From Trichosphaerium sp. ATCC 40318 (lineage: Eukaryota > Protista > Tubulinea): 64,000 nucleotides of DNA. Positions within the stretch are counted from its first letter, which is position 1; every line of letters starts with the position of its first letter. The position numbers and the translations under genes were made by a program. Below are positions 42,614 through 54,451 of the stretch, piece by piece. The notes beneath the pieces are model-generated. The model saw only the letters and a list, made by a program, of their open reading frames with translations, ran no database searches and was not told where the DNA came from. The stretch spans positions 186,001-250,000 of the forward strand of contig JALMLS010000009.1 in the NCBI GenBank assembly GCA_038496445.1. The letters run 5' to 3'.

Positions 42614-45600
42614 TTATCTCCTGTTAAATTTAAACCAATTAATATTAAAACGAGATGAAAGCATTTGCAGTTTCACTTGATGTTTTCCTCCAGATATGTT
42701 TCCGTTAAGGTTAACAGTAGCTGTAGAATATGTATGCCATCCTCCAGTACCTGGGAAGCTTATAGTTCCCTTGTCAACGTTGTCTATTAATATCTTGACG
42801 GAGAATTGTTCTTTCATCAATGAAGCATGTCGAATAGTGAACGAGTAAGATCCTGACTGGAAGTTTACATTGTCATATGCTAAATACTCTCCAACATCAA
42901 TCCAACCAACATTACAACCTCCTCCGTTATCTGTGGTTCTTTGCATATCCACTTGGGCTTTCCCTGCGACAACTTTACCGCCACAAGCTTGGCCTATTAC
43001 AAAGTTAGTAACTTATTTTTTGGAAAAGAGAAAAAGCCAAAGGAAGAAAAGTAAAAAAAGCAGAATATCGGCGTACCTTCATTTTTTGATGTTGTATCAA
43101 AAAAGTCAGTGTATTTCTCGGCTTCAATCCTGTCAGTAGCAGAAAATCCATTGTTGTTGTTGTTGTTATTGTTGTTGTTGTTGTTATTGTTATTGTTATT
43201 GTTGTTGTTGTTGTTGTTATTGTTATTGTTTTGTACTTGCAACTTGGCGAACGGATTTGGGACTGACACTCCGCATTCGCTACAACTGGAAACAAAGTTC
43301 CATACTGGGATTGATTGAGGGTTTGCGTTTCTACTTCTGTCAGCGCAACTAATGCATTTGTCATGGAATATGGCAGGTACGACTAGAGCAGAGGGTTTTG
43401 AAGAGCTAGTGAAACCAGACGGTTGAATCTTTTGAAGGCAAGTTGAAAGGAAGATCGGGTCATGTGGATCTGCTGTTGTCTCGAAAGGACCGAAGGTACT
43501 TGACATTTGACGTGCTTGAACACCATAGCAAATGAGGGCTTTGTCATTATTTCTATGACGGTTCTTGAGGGTGTTACACTCGTTAGGTAAGAGACTGATG
43601 AATCTGTCATATGGTGTGTTAACCTTCGCTGGAGCAATAATGACGCCATCGCAGTTGTTGTTGTTTCTACAAGCATCTACACATGGCTTTGCACCGGCAA
43701 CGTTGTTGTTAGATACCAAGTGACATCCTCCAGTAACGCTTCTACGATCAGGGGCAAAGCAATGATCAACTCTCCTAACAACAAAGTTAGTAAAAAGCAA
43801 GAAGAAAGAAAGAAAAGCAATTACGTACCCGAAAGTGACTTGGTTGCTTTCTTGCTCTTGTGGTGGTTCTGGAACATTATTGCGAGGTTGAGGTACGTTC
43901 ACTGGCTTGACAAATGTCGTTCCTTTGTTTCCGTATATGCTCGCAACTTGTTGGCTTTTGTAGTCAACGTGAACACAATCGTAGTATCCATGCCAATGCC
44001 ATGCAACAATATACCTTCCGAATTTAGATCCTTTAGGTATTGTGAGTTGAGCGACATCGTTATCGAACGGTCTGTGGCTAGTTATACGATACTTGTATAC
44101 AGCGAGCATATCAGGGTATTTACTACTTCTATATGCGCGGTATTTGTTGTCCTTGAGGCTTCTCGTGGTGTATTCATAAAGCTTGTACATTGTTTGTTTT
44201 TGACCTTCGAATTTTATAGGTCTTTTGTTGCTGAATGTATCTCGGAGGTACATTGGATCACCTGGTTTAATCTCTCTCTTGTATCTAGTTCCGAACGCTT
44301 TTCTGTTTAGGATCATACGGAAAAGAGGCGTTCCGTCAACTTCAGAGCCTCCTGGAGCGTTTCTGAGGTAGTCTTCAAATTCGTTCTTTCCGCGACTTGC
44401 AAACTTCCCGAGTGACTCCTCAGCGAGGATAATAAGGTATGAAAAACTATGTTCAGGATGGCCTACTGACCATTCAACTTCGAATTTCTGATCTGGACCG
44501 ACTTGAATGTGTGGTGCATTTCCAGCTTTAGGAGGGCAAGGCTTTTTTGTTGACGATCTGCCTTGGCTAATTGCAGGGGAACCGAGCCAGTTGTGAGCTT
44601 GAACTGTGGTGATAACTGTTGAAAGAGCAATCAAAGCAATTAATGTAATTGCGAGGCTTGGCATAGCTACGGCTCCATTTTTTTTAGTGACAACTAAAGA
44701 AACGAAGAGAACTAAAGCAAGGAGAACGAAACTAATGAGGAATAAGATCGAGAAAAAAAAGAAAGAAAAAAAAAAGAAGAGTGCTAAAAAGGTTTGTACC
44801 TTTGTGATTTAGAAGAAGAACCGCTAGGTAGATCTTGTGCAAGAACTTTCTGGTTTTCAGAGATAACATCGTTTGTAGATAAATCACGTTTTGAACCACC
44901 TGAGCAAGCACAAATACGTTTGATCGCCGAATCACGTGCATTACATTCGACACGTCTATTGCAGTTTGATTGTCTGAAGAAACAGTGCGCTCCTTTTTTA
45001 AAGGTACCAAGTGATGAACAACTTGTAAGAACTAAATCTGCGCATATCAAATCGTTTGCAATGACCATACTAGTCATGCCGTTTTGTGAACTGATATCTT
45101 GGCTCATTCCAGAGTTGCATGTTTTTCCTACGGCTGAGCACGCTTGACTGCATGACTCGCCGACCTTGGACTCATACCAAGTCTTTGGAACACCAGACCC
45201 TTCGTTCAATCTTACGTCACCATTTCGGTTTGGATGATAAAAAGCTCCAGTGTTTGCATCTCCTTGTTTGATGAGAATTCTGAAGAAAATAGGTCCTGTG
45301 CCGGAAGGAGGTGCTTCAAACTTGAAACGTGAAATCAAAGGTTTGATATCTGCAGATGAGTGGGTTACAGAGCGTGAACACTGGTGTCCTGAGTCGCCCC
45401 AAGCTTTCTGGAAGTAAGCTAAACACAAAGTTAGAAAGACTCTGGACACAAGGTTGACTAGCGTTGAACAAAATAGTGCTTACTTGGAACTTGATCGAGA
45501 AGTTTGAACGATCCTACTCGTTTTCCGGTGGAATCTTCGGCGTATAATAGAATACCGCGGTACTAAAAGCGGAGATTAGTTACGACGAAAGTTGTATAGG

Positions 45601-46078
45601 CAGAAAATAAGACAAGTTTTTTGTTCTCTTAGGTACCTTCAAGTTGTAGTCAATAACTTTTACAGTCAAGTCCAAAACGCGACCAGGCTTGTACGTGGAA
45701 GCTGGGTTATTCTCACTTCCAACGTACGCACGAATACCATCGGTTCGCACTGTTTGAGTAGCCCAAGCCATTAGAGCATTCTTGTCACGACAGTCTAGTC
45801 TGTCTTCTTTACCGTTAACTCTGTTGTACTAATAATAACAAACGGTAAACAAAAAAATTGAATAGAGGAATTCAAAGACAGTACCTGTCCTGGAGGACAT
45901 CCGAAGCGCTTATCAAGTGCATTACATACGCTTGGTTTACCGTCAGAAGCGGCAAGTGCGGGGAGCACGAGTGCGAGTGATATTATGCTCAAGAGCACCT
46001 CAACAAACAAGTTAGTGGATTCTAACAAAAAAAAATAGCTTCTAAAACTGCGCGTACAATTTGTGAGTGAACAAGCAT
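42614..46078 (-). CDS. Secreted polyprotein: Reeler - Cys-rich - TM - internal signal peptide - His-brace LPMO-like - PAN-like - polyAsn - CBM6
   Basis: Seven exons join in one frame. Reeler: YKPG..YRGILLYA..VGSF..C..SVTHSS..K..FEAPPSGTGPIFF. VQA|HNW..GHP..YIVAWHWHGYYDC. CBM6: RIEAEKY..VGWIDVGEYLAY..GTGGWHTY..FNINWFKF. Confidence 0.72.
43151..43230 (-). repeat. (AAC/AAT)n coding microsatellite, poly-Asn linker
   Basis: TTG/TTA run on the + strand encodes the long Asn run just before the CBM6. Confidence 0.95.
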
Positions 46079-47325
46079 GTTTACGTTGTGTTTATGGGTG
46101 TGATTTTGTTGTGAGGTGAGGACGTGATGTGCTTGTAGTGAAAGTTAGCTTATTTTGCTGTCTCTTTCCTTTTTCACGCACAAAACCAGATATTTACTAT
46201 TTTGGTCTATAACTAGCGCCTTTGGTTTTGGGCAATCTTTTAATACACTAACGCATGCTATCCCTAGCAGGAACGAGTATAATACGAAATTGAACTTTCG
46301 AGCTCAGAAAATGCGAAAACGTATAAACTTGCGCGCAACTAACAAAACAATGTATTTCGACGATAATCAGCACTGCTCCGAGCAATACAGCAACTTTGCT
46401 ACATTTGCAGCTAGAAGTTGGCCAAAATGGCCAAAGGACCCTTCTTTGGTAGTGTGTATGGGCCACTCGTCTCAGGCACTAACAACCACAGCGTTAACTA
46501 CTACTTATCGCTAGCGCAATTTGCCTAATTTGCAACATGACCTTTTTTGGCAAAGCTATCCAATTTGGCCTCCTACCCGGAACTATAACTAGTTATAAAT
46601 GGTATTCCCTCACCCGAAACAAAGTCCACACGGATTGGCTAGCGGTAACTGTTTAAAGAAAATAATATTATTTTTGCAGACAATCACATGAGAGCGCAAG
46701 CCACTGATACCAACAACAAATAATCACAACAAAATTTTTGCGGTTGTAGACTACAAAGCTTGATGTGTTTTGTTTGTAGTGGTTCAACGCTTACTACATA
46801 ACTAATCATCTGAAACACCAATTTATTTGTGTAATCAAATCACTCTAGTTTGGTAGCTCCGTTCTGAGTACTGTATGAGTATGGCCTATGAATCCGTCGG
46901 AGGTGCTCTAGTGTTTGCAAAGGGGTTCTAGAAAAAACCAGGTCATATACGCTGTTCAGTATCATTGGTAGTGGTTGCGCTAAAAAGTGAGTATCAAATG
47001 CAAGATTATTTGTTTTCAACAGCAACGCGTTGTACAAGTAGAAGCGGTTGATGGTCTTGATGAGTTAACATTTGATAGGAACTTAGAAAACAGTGTCGGA
47101 ATCGGAACTTTAACACAGCCCAGCACTTTAAAAAAAATAGCGCCGCCCAGACCTTAGGAAATCAGCCAGCAGGTGTCAAAGACGTTTACAAGTACGTAAA
47201 GGAATTGAAAAAGATGTAGCAATACAATGACTCGAATCGTTTTCAGGCTGAAAATCGAAGCTCCGTCCAAATTCTTTGCCGGCAGCCGTTTTTAGCTGAA
47301 ATTAATAATTACAATTGTTTTATTT

Positions 47326-48218
<893 letters not shown>

Positions 48219-48652
48219 TTATTTTTTTAATTGTAGAGTTAATACGCCGGTTTTAAATATCCTTCATCGCACTTATAAGTGCAGGTGGACGTATGGTAAT
48301 AGTCTGCAAACAATATATGGTCGTGCTGAGTCTCAAAGGCCAAAAATAGTACAAAAGCACTACAAAACGCTAGTAGAGGTAGATAATCCCTCAGCTCAGA
48401 GAAACTAATATTGTAAAGCAGTAACTTGTTTTATTTATTTTCAAATAATGTGCAACGTCTCAAAACAATGCACATGCTGTTTTCGTACATTTGCACTATT
48501 CCACTGTTAAACTTCATCACGAAACCCGTCTTGGCGTTTGGGCTATAGGCTGTAAGCTAGGCTTCCTTACATTAAGTCAGTAAACGCCCTTCGCCGGCTG
48601 TTTTGTGTTTTATCAAATTGTGTCTGACACAATCTATTTTTATTTATTTTGG

Positions 48653-49374
48653 CTACAATCTAGAACAAGCATAACATTCTGAATATCCTTTAGGGCACAC
48701 TAAGCGTTGATAGTATCCTGAGGTAAAGCAATCCTTACACAACAGTCCTTGACAACTCTTAGGCACTGCCTCACCAGCAGTAAATGAAACAGAGTAATGA
48801 ATCAAGTTTGATTGTGTAAACTCCACATGGCAGTAACAGCAATATCTAAACCCAAAGACATTAGTACAATGCCAGTACAAAAAAAAAAAAACAGAAGAAA
48901 GAAAGCTCAAAATCTCAACAAGACTAGGAATCAACACAGAATCAAATACAAATATTGCTTCTTAAGCGCTAGCATTTCAATTGATAAAATCAAAGATAAA
49001 GTCTGTTGATACTTCGGTGTTGCAGCAGTTTTTGACTAAGACTTCAAAACCGTTGTCGTAATAGTGTACCTGTATATGTAGTAACATCGCCAAGGTGGTA
49101 GGCAAAATGCGTATAGTGGTACTTCGTAATCGTACTCACCTGGTTCACTGCTTCCAAACAGTTTATTGTTGAGGCGCAGATATTCCCTGAAAGTTTTAAC
49201 GCTCCAATAAACATTATCTTTGTAAATATTGTTAAATAAATGGCTAATACGCCAAAACACGTGTGCTAGATCGTATACAGTCAAGTAGGAAGCAATTATT
49301 GTCCACAGCTCTGGTGGGAGGTAAAGAGATACATTGGAATCTTTTTTAAATGGTTTTTTATCTGTTGGATCCAT
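48653..49374 (-). CDS. F-box protein with Cys-rich C-terminal part (3' end uncertain)
   Basis: LPPELWTIIASYL...W F-box. Second exon has CCYC..LCKDC. Confidence 0.65.
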
Positions 49375-49623
49375 CTTAGTGGTAGAACGAGGAGATGTAA
49401 ATCAAAACACAATTTCTTCGAATGTTACAACTTCACAAAAAAAAAATCACGTGTGCACAATACTACAAGAGCTCACATAGACTTTCACGTTTTATTGATT
49501 CTGGTTTATTCATGTTGGTATACAGCCAATTAACAAGCTGCTTCCCAATAAAACTTACCTTTATGTTTAAGTGTTGTATTGTCATTTCGTACATAAAGTC
49601 CTCGCACTGGCAGAGAACTACCG

Positions 49624-50274
49624 TCACTCTAATATCACGAAACCATGTAGCATACTATGCCTTAGTATATTTCGTATTGCTTTGTATTTCTTCATTGTAA
49701 TAGCCCATGCATGTTTATTGTCTACCTCAACTTGATGACTTGTTCTTAAACTCAATGTACCGAAATAATTAATCTGAACAAACCAACTCCAACTGTTGTT
49801 AAGAACATAACTCCTAACATGTTCATGCAATTTATCAAACATGTCAATTGGATAAACTGATGCTGATTTAACTCTTGCTCTTACAATAATGCGTCTACGG
49901 ATCTGTACTGCAAGAGGTCTTATGTCATGAGAAACTTGTATCATATCATGGCAGAGAAACAGTTGGTTTAAAATCTCCCTTGCCACTGTTTCTGAGTTTT
50001 TTGTTTTGTCTTCTCCTTTACCTGTTAGACTGTATAACCATATTGCCACCAATAAATCAATACGACAACTTGATCTTTTTACTTCATCGCAGTATTTCCA
50101 AAAGTTTTTGAATAGTCGCATGTCTAATAATAGTTCTATGTGGAATGGACGCGTCAGTGATTTCTCCTGGCATAATAAAGAAAAATTAACGTTAATACAT
50201 TTAATTTTACTAAGTGTTCGTAGTGGTAACGCTTTAAGTATTATGAGAAGAATTTCATTTGGCAATAAATCCAT
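49624..50274 (-). CDS. Intronless F-box protein
   Basis: MDLLPNEILLIILKALP..TLSKIKCINVNF N-terminal F-box. 216-aa uninterrupted ORF. Confidence 0.7.
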   Translation of the reverse strand: MDLLPNEILLIILKALPLRTLSKIKCINVNFSLLCQEKSLTRPFHIELLLDMRLFKNFWKYCDEVKRSSCRIDLLVAIWLYSLTGKGEDKTKNSETVAREILNQLFLCHDMIQVSHDIRPLAVQIRRRIIVRARVKSASVYPIDMFDKLHEHVRSYVLNNSWSWFVQINYFGTLSLRTSHQVEVDNKHAWAITMKKYKAIRNILRHSMLHGFVILE

Positions 50275-50533
50275 ATTGTGGCACGTGTTGTTTCTTAAAC
50301 TTAATGAGTTATGGTCAATTTAATTACACACTGACATTTTCCCACAGCCCTCTCACATTACAACGCATGTTAGGTTGTCTGTGTGGTTGTAATATGTTAC
50401 GTATAAAAAATATGCGTAACACTTGCATTAAGTGCCTTTCAAACTATTGCAAAGGCGTTGAAAGAAGTTGTGTTCAACACGTTCAAAAATATGTAAAAAA
50501 CAATACTGATTTGCTTACCTTTCCAGCCATTTT

Positions 50534-50548
50534 AAAAACCTTCAAAAA
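50534..50548 (-). terminator. Pol III-type oligo-T terminators (two T5 runs)
   Basis: TTTTT directly after the terminal helix (50548-50544) and a second TTTTT at 50538-50534. Confidence 0.55.
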
Positions 50549-50673
50549 GACCCAACCCTTGCGGGATAATATATGTGCTACCACTACACCATGGGGGAAG
50601 TAAGTCCCCCAGTGGGATTCGAACCCACGCCGTAAACTCCGAATGTTTGAATTAATGAAGTACTATTGGGTCT
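50544..50673 (-). tRNA. Putative circularly permuted tRNA (anticodon TCG, Arg) or tRNA-mimic ncRNA precursor
   Basis: 3' half AAAC-ATTCGGA-GTTTA-CGGC-GTGGG-TTCGAAT-CCCAC-TGGGGGA (50648-50605), spacer CTTACT, then 5' half TCCCCCA-TG-GTGT-AGTGGTA-GCAC-A-T (50598-50573). Termini AGACCCAA and TTGGGTCT pair. Confidence 0.7.
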
Positions 50674-50696
50674 GACTTTAACATCACAAAAACAAG

Positions 50697-50704
50697 TATT
50701 TATA
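50697..50704 (-). promoter_or_regulatory. TATA box (TATAAATA) about 30 nt upstream of the predicted start of the permuted tRNA-like RNA
   Basis: Minus-strand TATAAATA begins 31 nt before the A at 50673 that opens the terminal helix. Confidence 0.55.
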
Positions 50705-51220
50705 CATCGCAGTTGAACAATAAAAAAACTTGTGGTTTTACAAACATGCACAGAGTGCAAAATGGCCAATAGTAAACCGCTACATGATTTTTTAATCTAT
50801 TGTACAGTTTCAGAGAAATACCGAAAAATTGATGTTAACTTTACTATTAGCTTGTTATCACATCCGTAGTACCCCAACATAAACTTTGTTGAAGCTACTA
50901 TGGATCAGTTTTATTTTCCTTAATCTGCACACTCAACAAAGCGTATCTTTGTAGTTAATAAAGAAAGAAACGCACGTGACTAGTGAACTTTATTTATTTC
51001 TTTGTATTTCTCGATGGACATGTGATTTTTACTATAGCAGGTTGCCTTCACACCAGAACAATATCAGTACTGATATCTACCTTTCCAATATGTTGTTTCT
51101 TGGGCAGTCTGATGGACTGAACAGCAAACGACAAGTAATAAAAAGTCTGGTCTAGTCAAAAAGTAAAAAATGATACAATTAATAATAGCGGTGACACTGA
51201 TAGTATCAGCTAACGCAATA

Positions 51221-51999
51221 ATGAGTAAATTTGGTGATGACGTTGAAACAGAATCCGTTTGGGACTACCCAAGGTAAATACGCAAACAAATGCGCTTATA
51301 CGCTTTAAAATCGCTTTGGTACTATTTTTAATGCGTTTTAGACCTCCTGCTTTAATTCCAACAAGTAAACGCGTCAGAATCATTTTTAATGGCGTAGTCA
51401 TAGCAGACACAACGAAAGCTCTAAGGTAGGAGAAACAAATCGCCGAAACGATTTTTCGTTAACTGCCAAACTTAGAATATTGGAGACAAGCCACCCACCT
51501 ACATACTATATACCTCCTGAAGACATCAAGAAGGAACATTTCATTCCTGTCGGCCGTACAACATATTGCGAGTGGAAGGTTGATATTACTATTTTGTTGT
51601 TCTTTGAACTCTCTTTAACGTTGTTTTAATAGGGTACAGCTAGTTACTACAATATCAAGGTTGGCGACAAGGTATCTGAACGATCTGGCTGGTACTACAA
51701 GGTATTAAATAAGATAATGACATCCTCAATTGAGTTTGGTTAATTTTTCTTCTCTAGAGCCCTGTATCTGCTTATAAGGAGTTGAAAGACCATGTCGCTG
51801 TTTACGCAAGTCGTATGGACGAATGTTATGTTGGTGACGAGAAAGTTCAGTCTCAGGAAGGTGACTTTTATGGTGGATGGATTACTTCGGTAATTTCTTT
51901 TTTTTCTGTTTTTTGACTTTGGCTTATTATTTTTTAATGTAGAACATAAACGGAGGTAAAAAAGGTTTCAAAGGTGGAGCAGGGACATGGGGATGGTAG
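51221..51999 (+). CDS. DUF427 family protein (6 exons, absent from the ORF track)
   Basis: Spliced ESVWDYPRPP..RILETSHPPTYYIP..TYCEWKGTASYY..QEGDFYGGWITS..FKGGAGTWGW*. Confidence 0.88.
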
Positions 52000-52142
52000 A
52001 ATAAAATTATTAGTTTGTGACTATTAAAAGAAAGAGAAGAAATTACTCAAGTTGGAATGTGTAAAATGGTTTTATTTACTAAATTTACAATCGACGTTAG
52101 ATCGATACTGGGATCTTTGTGAAATCAATGAGATTTATGTTG

Positions 52143-52683
52143 TCATAGATGTAGAAGCGCTGCTTCTTCCTCAAAAGTAAGAGCTCTTGTAGATCTTTTT
52201 GTATGAGAATGTCTTATTATATTTTGCGTTTCTATGTTTTTCTGGTCGAAAGATACTGTTCTTGCGTTTTTGTAAAATCGTTTTTTTGCAACTCTAGACG
52301 GAGCTTTCATATTCATGTTGTTTGTTGCACCATTCTTTTGAACGACCTAATATACTTTGTAAGCTTCTTTCCAAGTTTATTTCTGATGAAGAAAAAAAAC
52401 AACAGTGACTACGCGCAATAGGCGCGTAGACAAACTTGCTTGCGTAAAGCGCTCAACTTGAAAAAAAAAACGGTTGATTGAAATAGTTATGTACCTGGTT
52501 GTGTGATTGACAGTTTGTTTTGGGTTTTTCTACAACATCGATATATAGAGGCCTTCTTTGATTCATCCTTTTGAGCACATTTGTAACAAGAAGGTTTGTT
52601 GATGCAACGAGAGGACTTGATTGCTTTTCTTGCATTCTAGTGTTGAATTGGCTTCTAGGATATTGTACGGTGTTTTGCATCAT
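52143..52683 (-). CDS. Hypothetical basic two-exon protein
   Basis: MMQNTVQYP... spliced to ...TRALTFEEEAALLHL*. Confidence 0.45.
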
Positions 52684-52960
52684 GTTGTATAAAGGTAGAA
52701 GTGTTGTAGTTCGTGTATAATAATGAAAAAAATGAATGAAAAACTGTGATTGATATTTAGGTTGGTTCAACAAACGGAAAGAAAAATCAATCTACAAATA
52801 TCAATCTACAAAAATCACTCAAAATTTTCTTCAATCAGTTTTCTAAAGAACGAAACCAATCTTGTAGAATCATTAAGCTATCAATCTATTTATAAGCATA
52901 CTAGAACACTCAAATCAATACATGTATTGGGCTTTATTGAGGTTTTATTTGATGAACAGT

Positions 52961-54176
52961 TTAAAGTTTTACAGTGTTTTTGTGGTATGGATAAAACTCG
53001 TTGAATTCTCGGAACCTTACAAAGGATAATGCAGGAAGCATTAGGTTTTTTATGAACCATGGTAAGTTGCTGAACATTAGAGCACGTTCTTCCTCAGTTT
53101 GAGAGTAATACATCATAGGAAATTGAGTTCCTACTTTATCTTGTTGCTTCACGTATGTCATGATTTCTTTAATGACATCATCTTCTTCTTCAACTGGTAA
53201 GTACTTTACAACCAACTCATGGGTTATAAGAGATGTTTCAGTAGCGACGTGGGCCTATGAGACGAGTGTTAACGAAAACCAAGGAAGTTGTAGATTAAAG
53301 CAAACAAAAAAAAACTGTTTGGGTTAACAGTCACGTGCCGTGAAGGCATCTCTAACGCTCGTAGTTTTCTCTAACAGCTCATCTATACCCTCTTTTCTGT
53401 TGCAATCAATCTCAGTTTCGCGTATTTCTTTAATCTTGGCAGCTAAGGCTTCATGTTCGTCTTTAACAACGCCAGAATCCTAAAACAAACCAATTAACTC
53501 GCTTCATAGAACGCACTGCTTCAATTATGATTTAAAGAAAATAAATAACCGATTTACGTCAACGTGCCTTGTTGAATGATGCTATACGCTTCGATAGTGC
53601 TTTGTGAATAAATTTCTCTTCTTGACCGTGATGAGTCTCAATCACGTCGAGAACTGTAAGTAAGTGTCTATGGAGCGCTAATATTATGTCAAGACGTTAT
53701 ATAAAGTATTGTAGAAGCCTTTACGTACCTCCACGGCGTTTTTGAGGCCATAAATTCGGACTTTTCTTTATCTGAGCACAAGCCTTTTGTATCCTTTCAA
53801 GATTTCTATCAATTACCTTGTGGGTATTCTCATTACCACTCACAATCCTAGAAACAGTGCGTTCTCCTATAATTTTTATTTTAGGTCGGTTTTTTTGTGA
53901 CTCCAAAAAATATCACGTGATAAGCATTTACAAGTACGAGTACGTGTAAAAACTGAGCAGCGTACCTGTTTTTTCTTGTTTCGGTTCTTCCTCTTGTTTT
54001 TGATCTTTCTTTGCCTCTGTCGCTTCTGTAGTTTGTTCTGGCGTTGGAGATACATCTTCTGGAGTATCTTTTTCTTCTTTTTGTTCCGTCGAAGGCGTTG
54101 GTTTCTCTACAGGTGGTTCCTTTATATTTTCGAGTGCAGAAGTATCTACAGTCTCTTGAGTAGGTGTTTCGGCCAT
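52961..54176 (-). CDS. Hemerythrin-like (HHE) domain protein with acidic disordered N-terminus
   Basis: Helix-spaced ligand pattern TH..; ETHHGQEEKF; KDEHEAL; AHVATE. Confidence 0.72.
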
Positions 54177-54451
54177 AGTTGTTGTTAACGTTGCGGTTAC
54201 TACACTCTGTTTTTCCGGAAACTCGCAGAAAATTGACCCCTTTTAAAAAACCGCCTATCCAGTTTTCTTGTGATTTCAGTGGTTCTGAGACGCCTGACAA
54301 CCTCTTCGAGAGTTTCCTAGTAGCTTTAGAGATAGGTTTCATTGCATAACGACAAGAAGTACAATCCAAAAGTACAAGTTTATGTATACTACAACGACAT
54401 AATTAAAATACACTTTTTCTTTTGTTGTTTGGCGTCCATTGAGTAGCCACT

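Noticed and set aside
43109-44310. Plus-strand ORFs, including the poly-Leu ORF and the 196-aa ORF
   Set aside because: They are antisense shadows of the LPMO-like/poly-Asn coding exons.
47040-47165. Minus-strand AAGGTCTGGG...CAAGACCA resembling RNase P P4 strands
   Set aside because: Spacing is too short, an internal long T run is present and other conserved regions are not visible.
50544-50600. Reading the downstream half as a conventional tRNA with a GCA (Cys) or TCC (Gly) anticodon
   Set aside because: No proper anticodon stem or U33, and no T arm follows before the T5 run. The T arm lies upstream.
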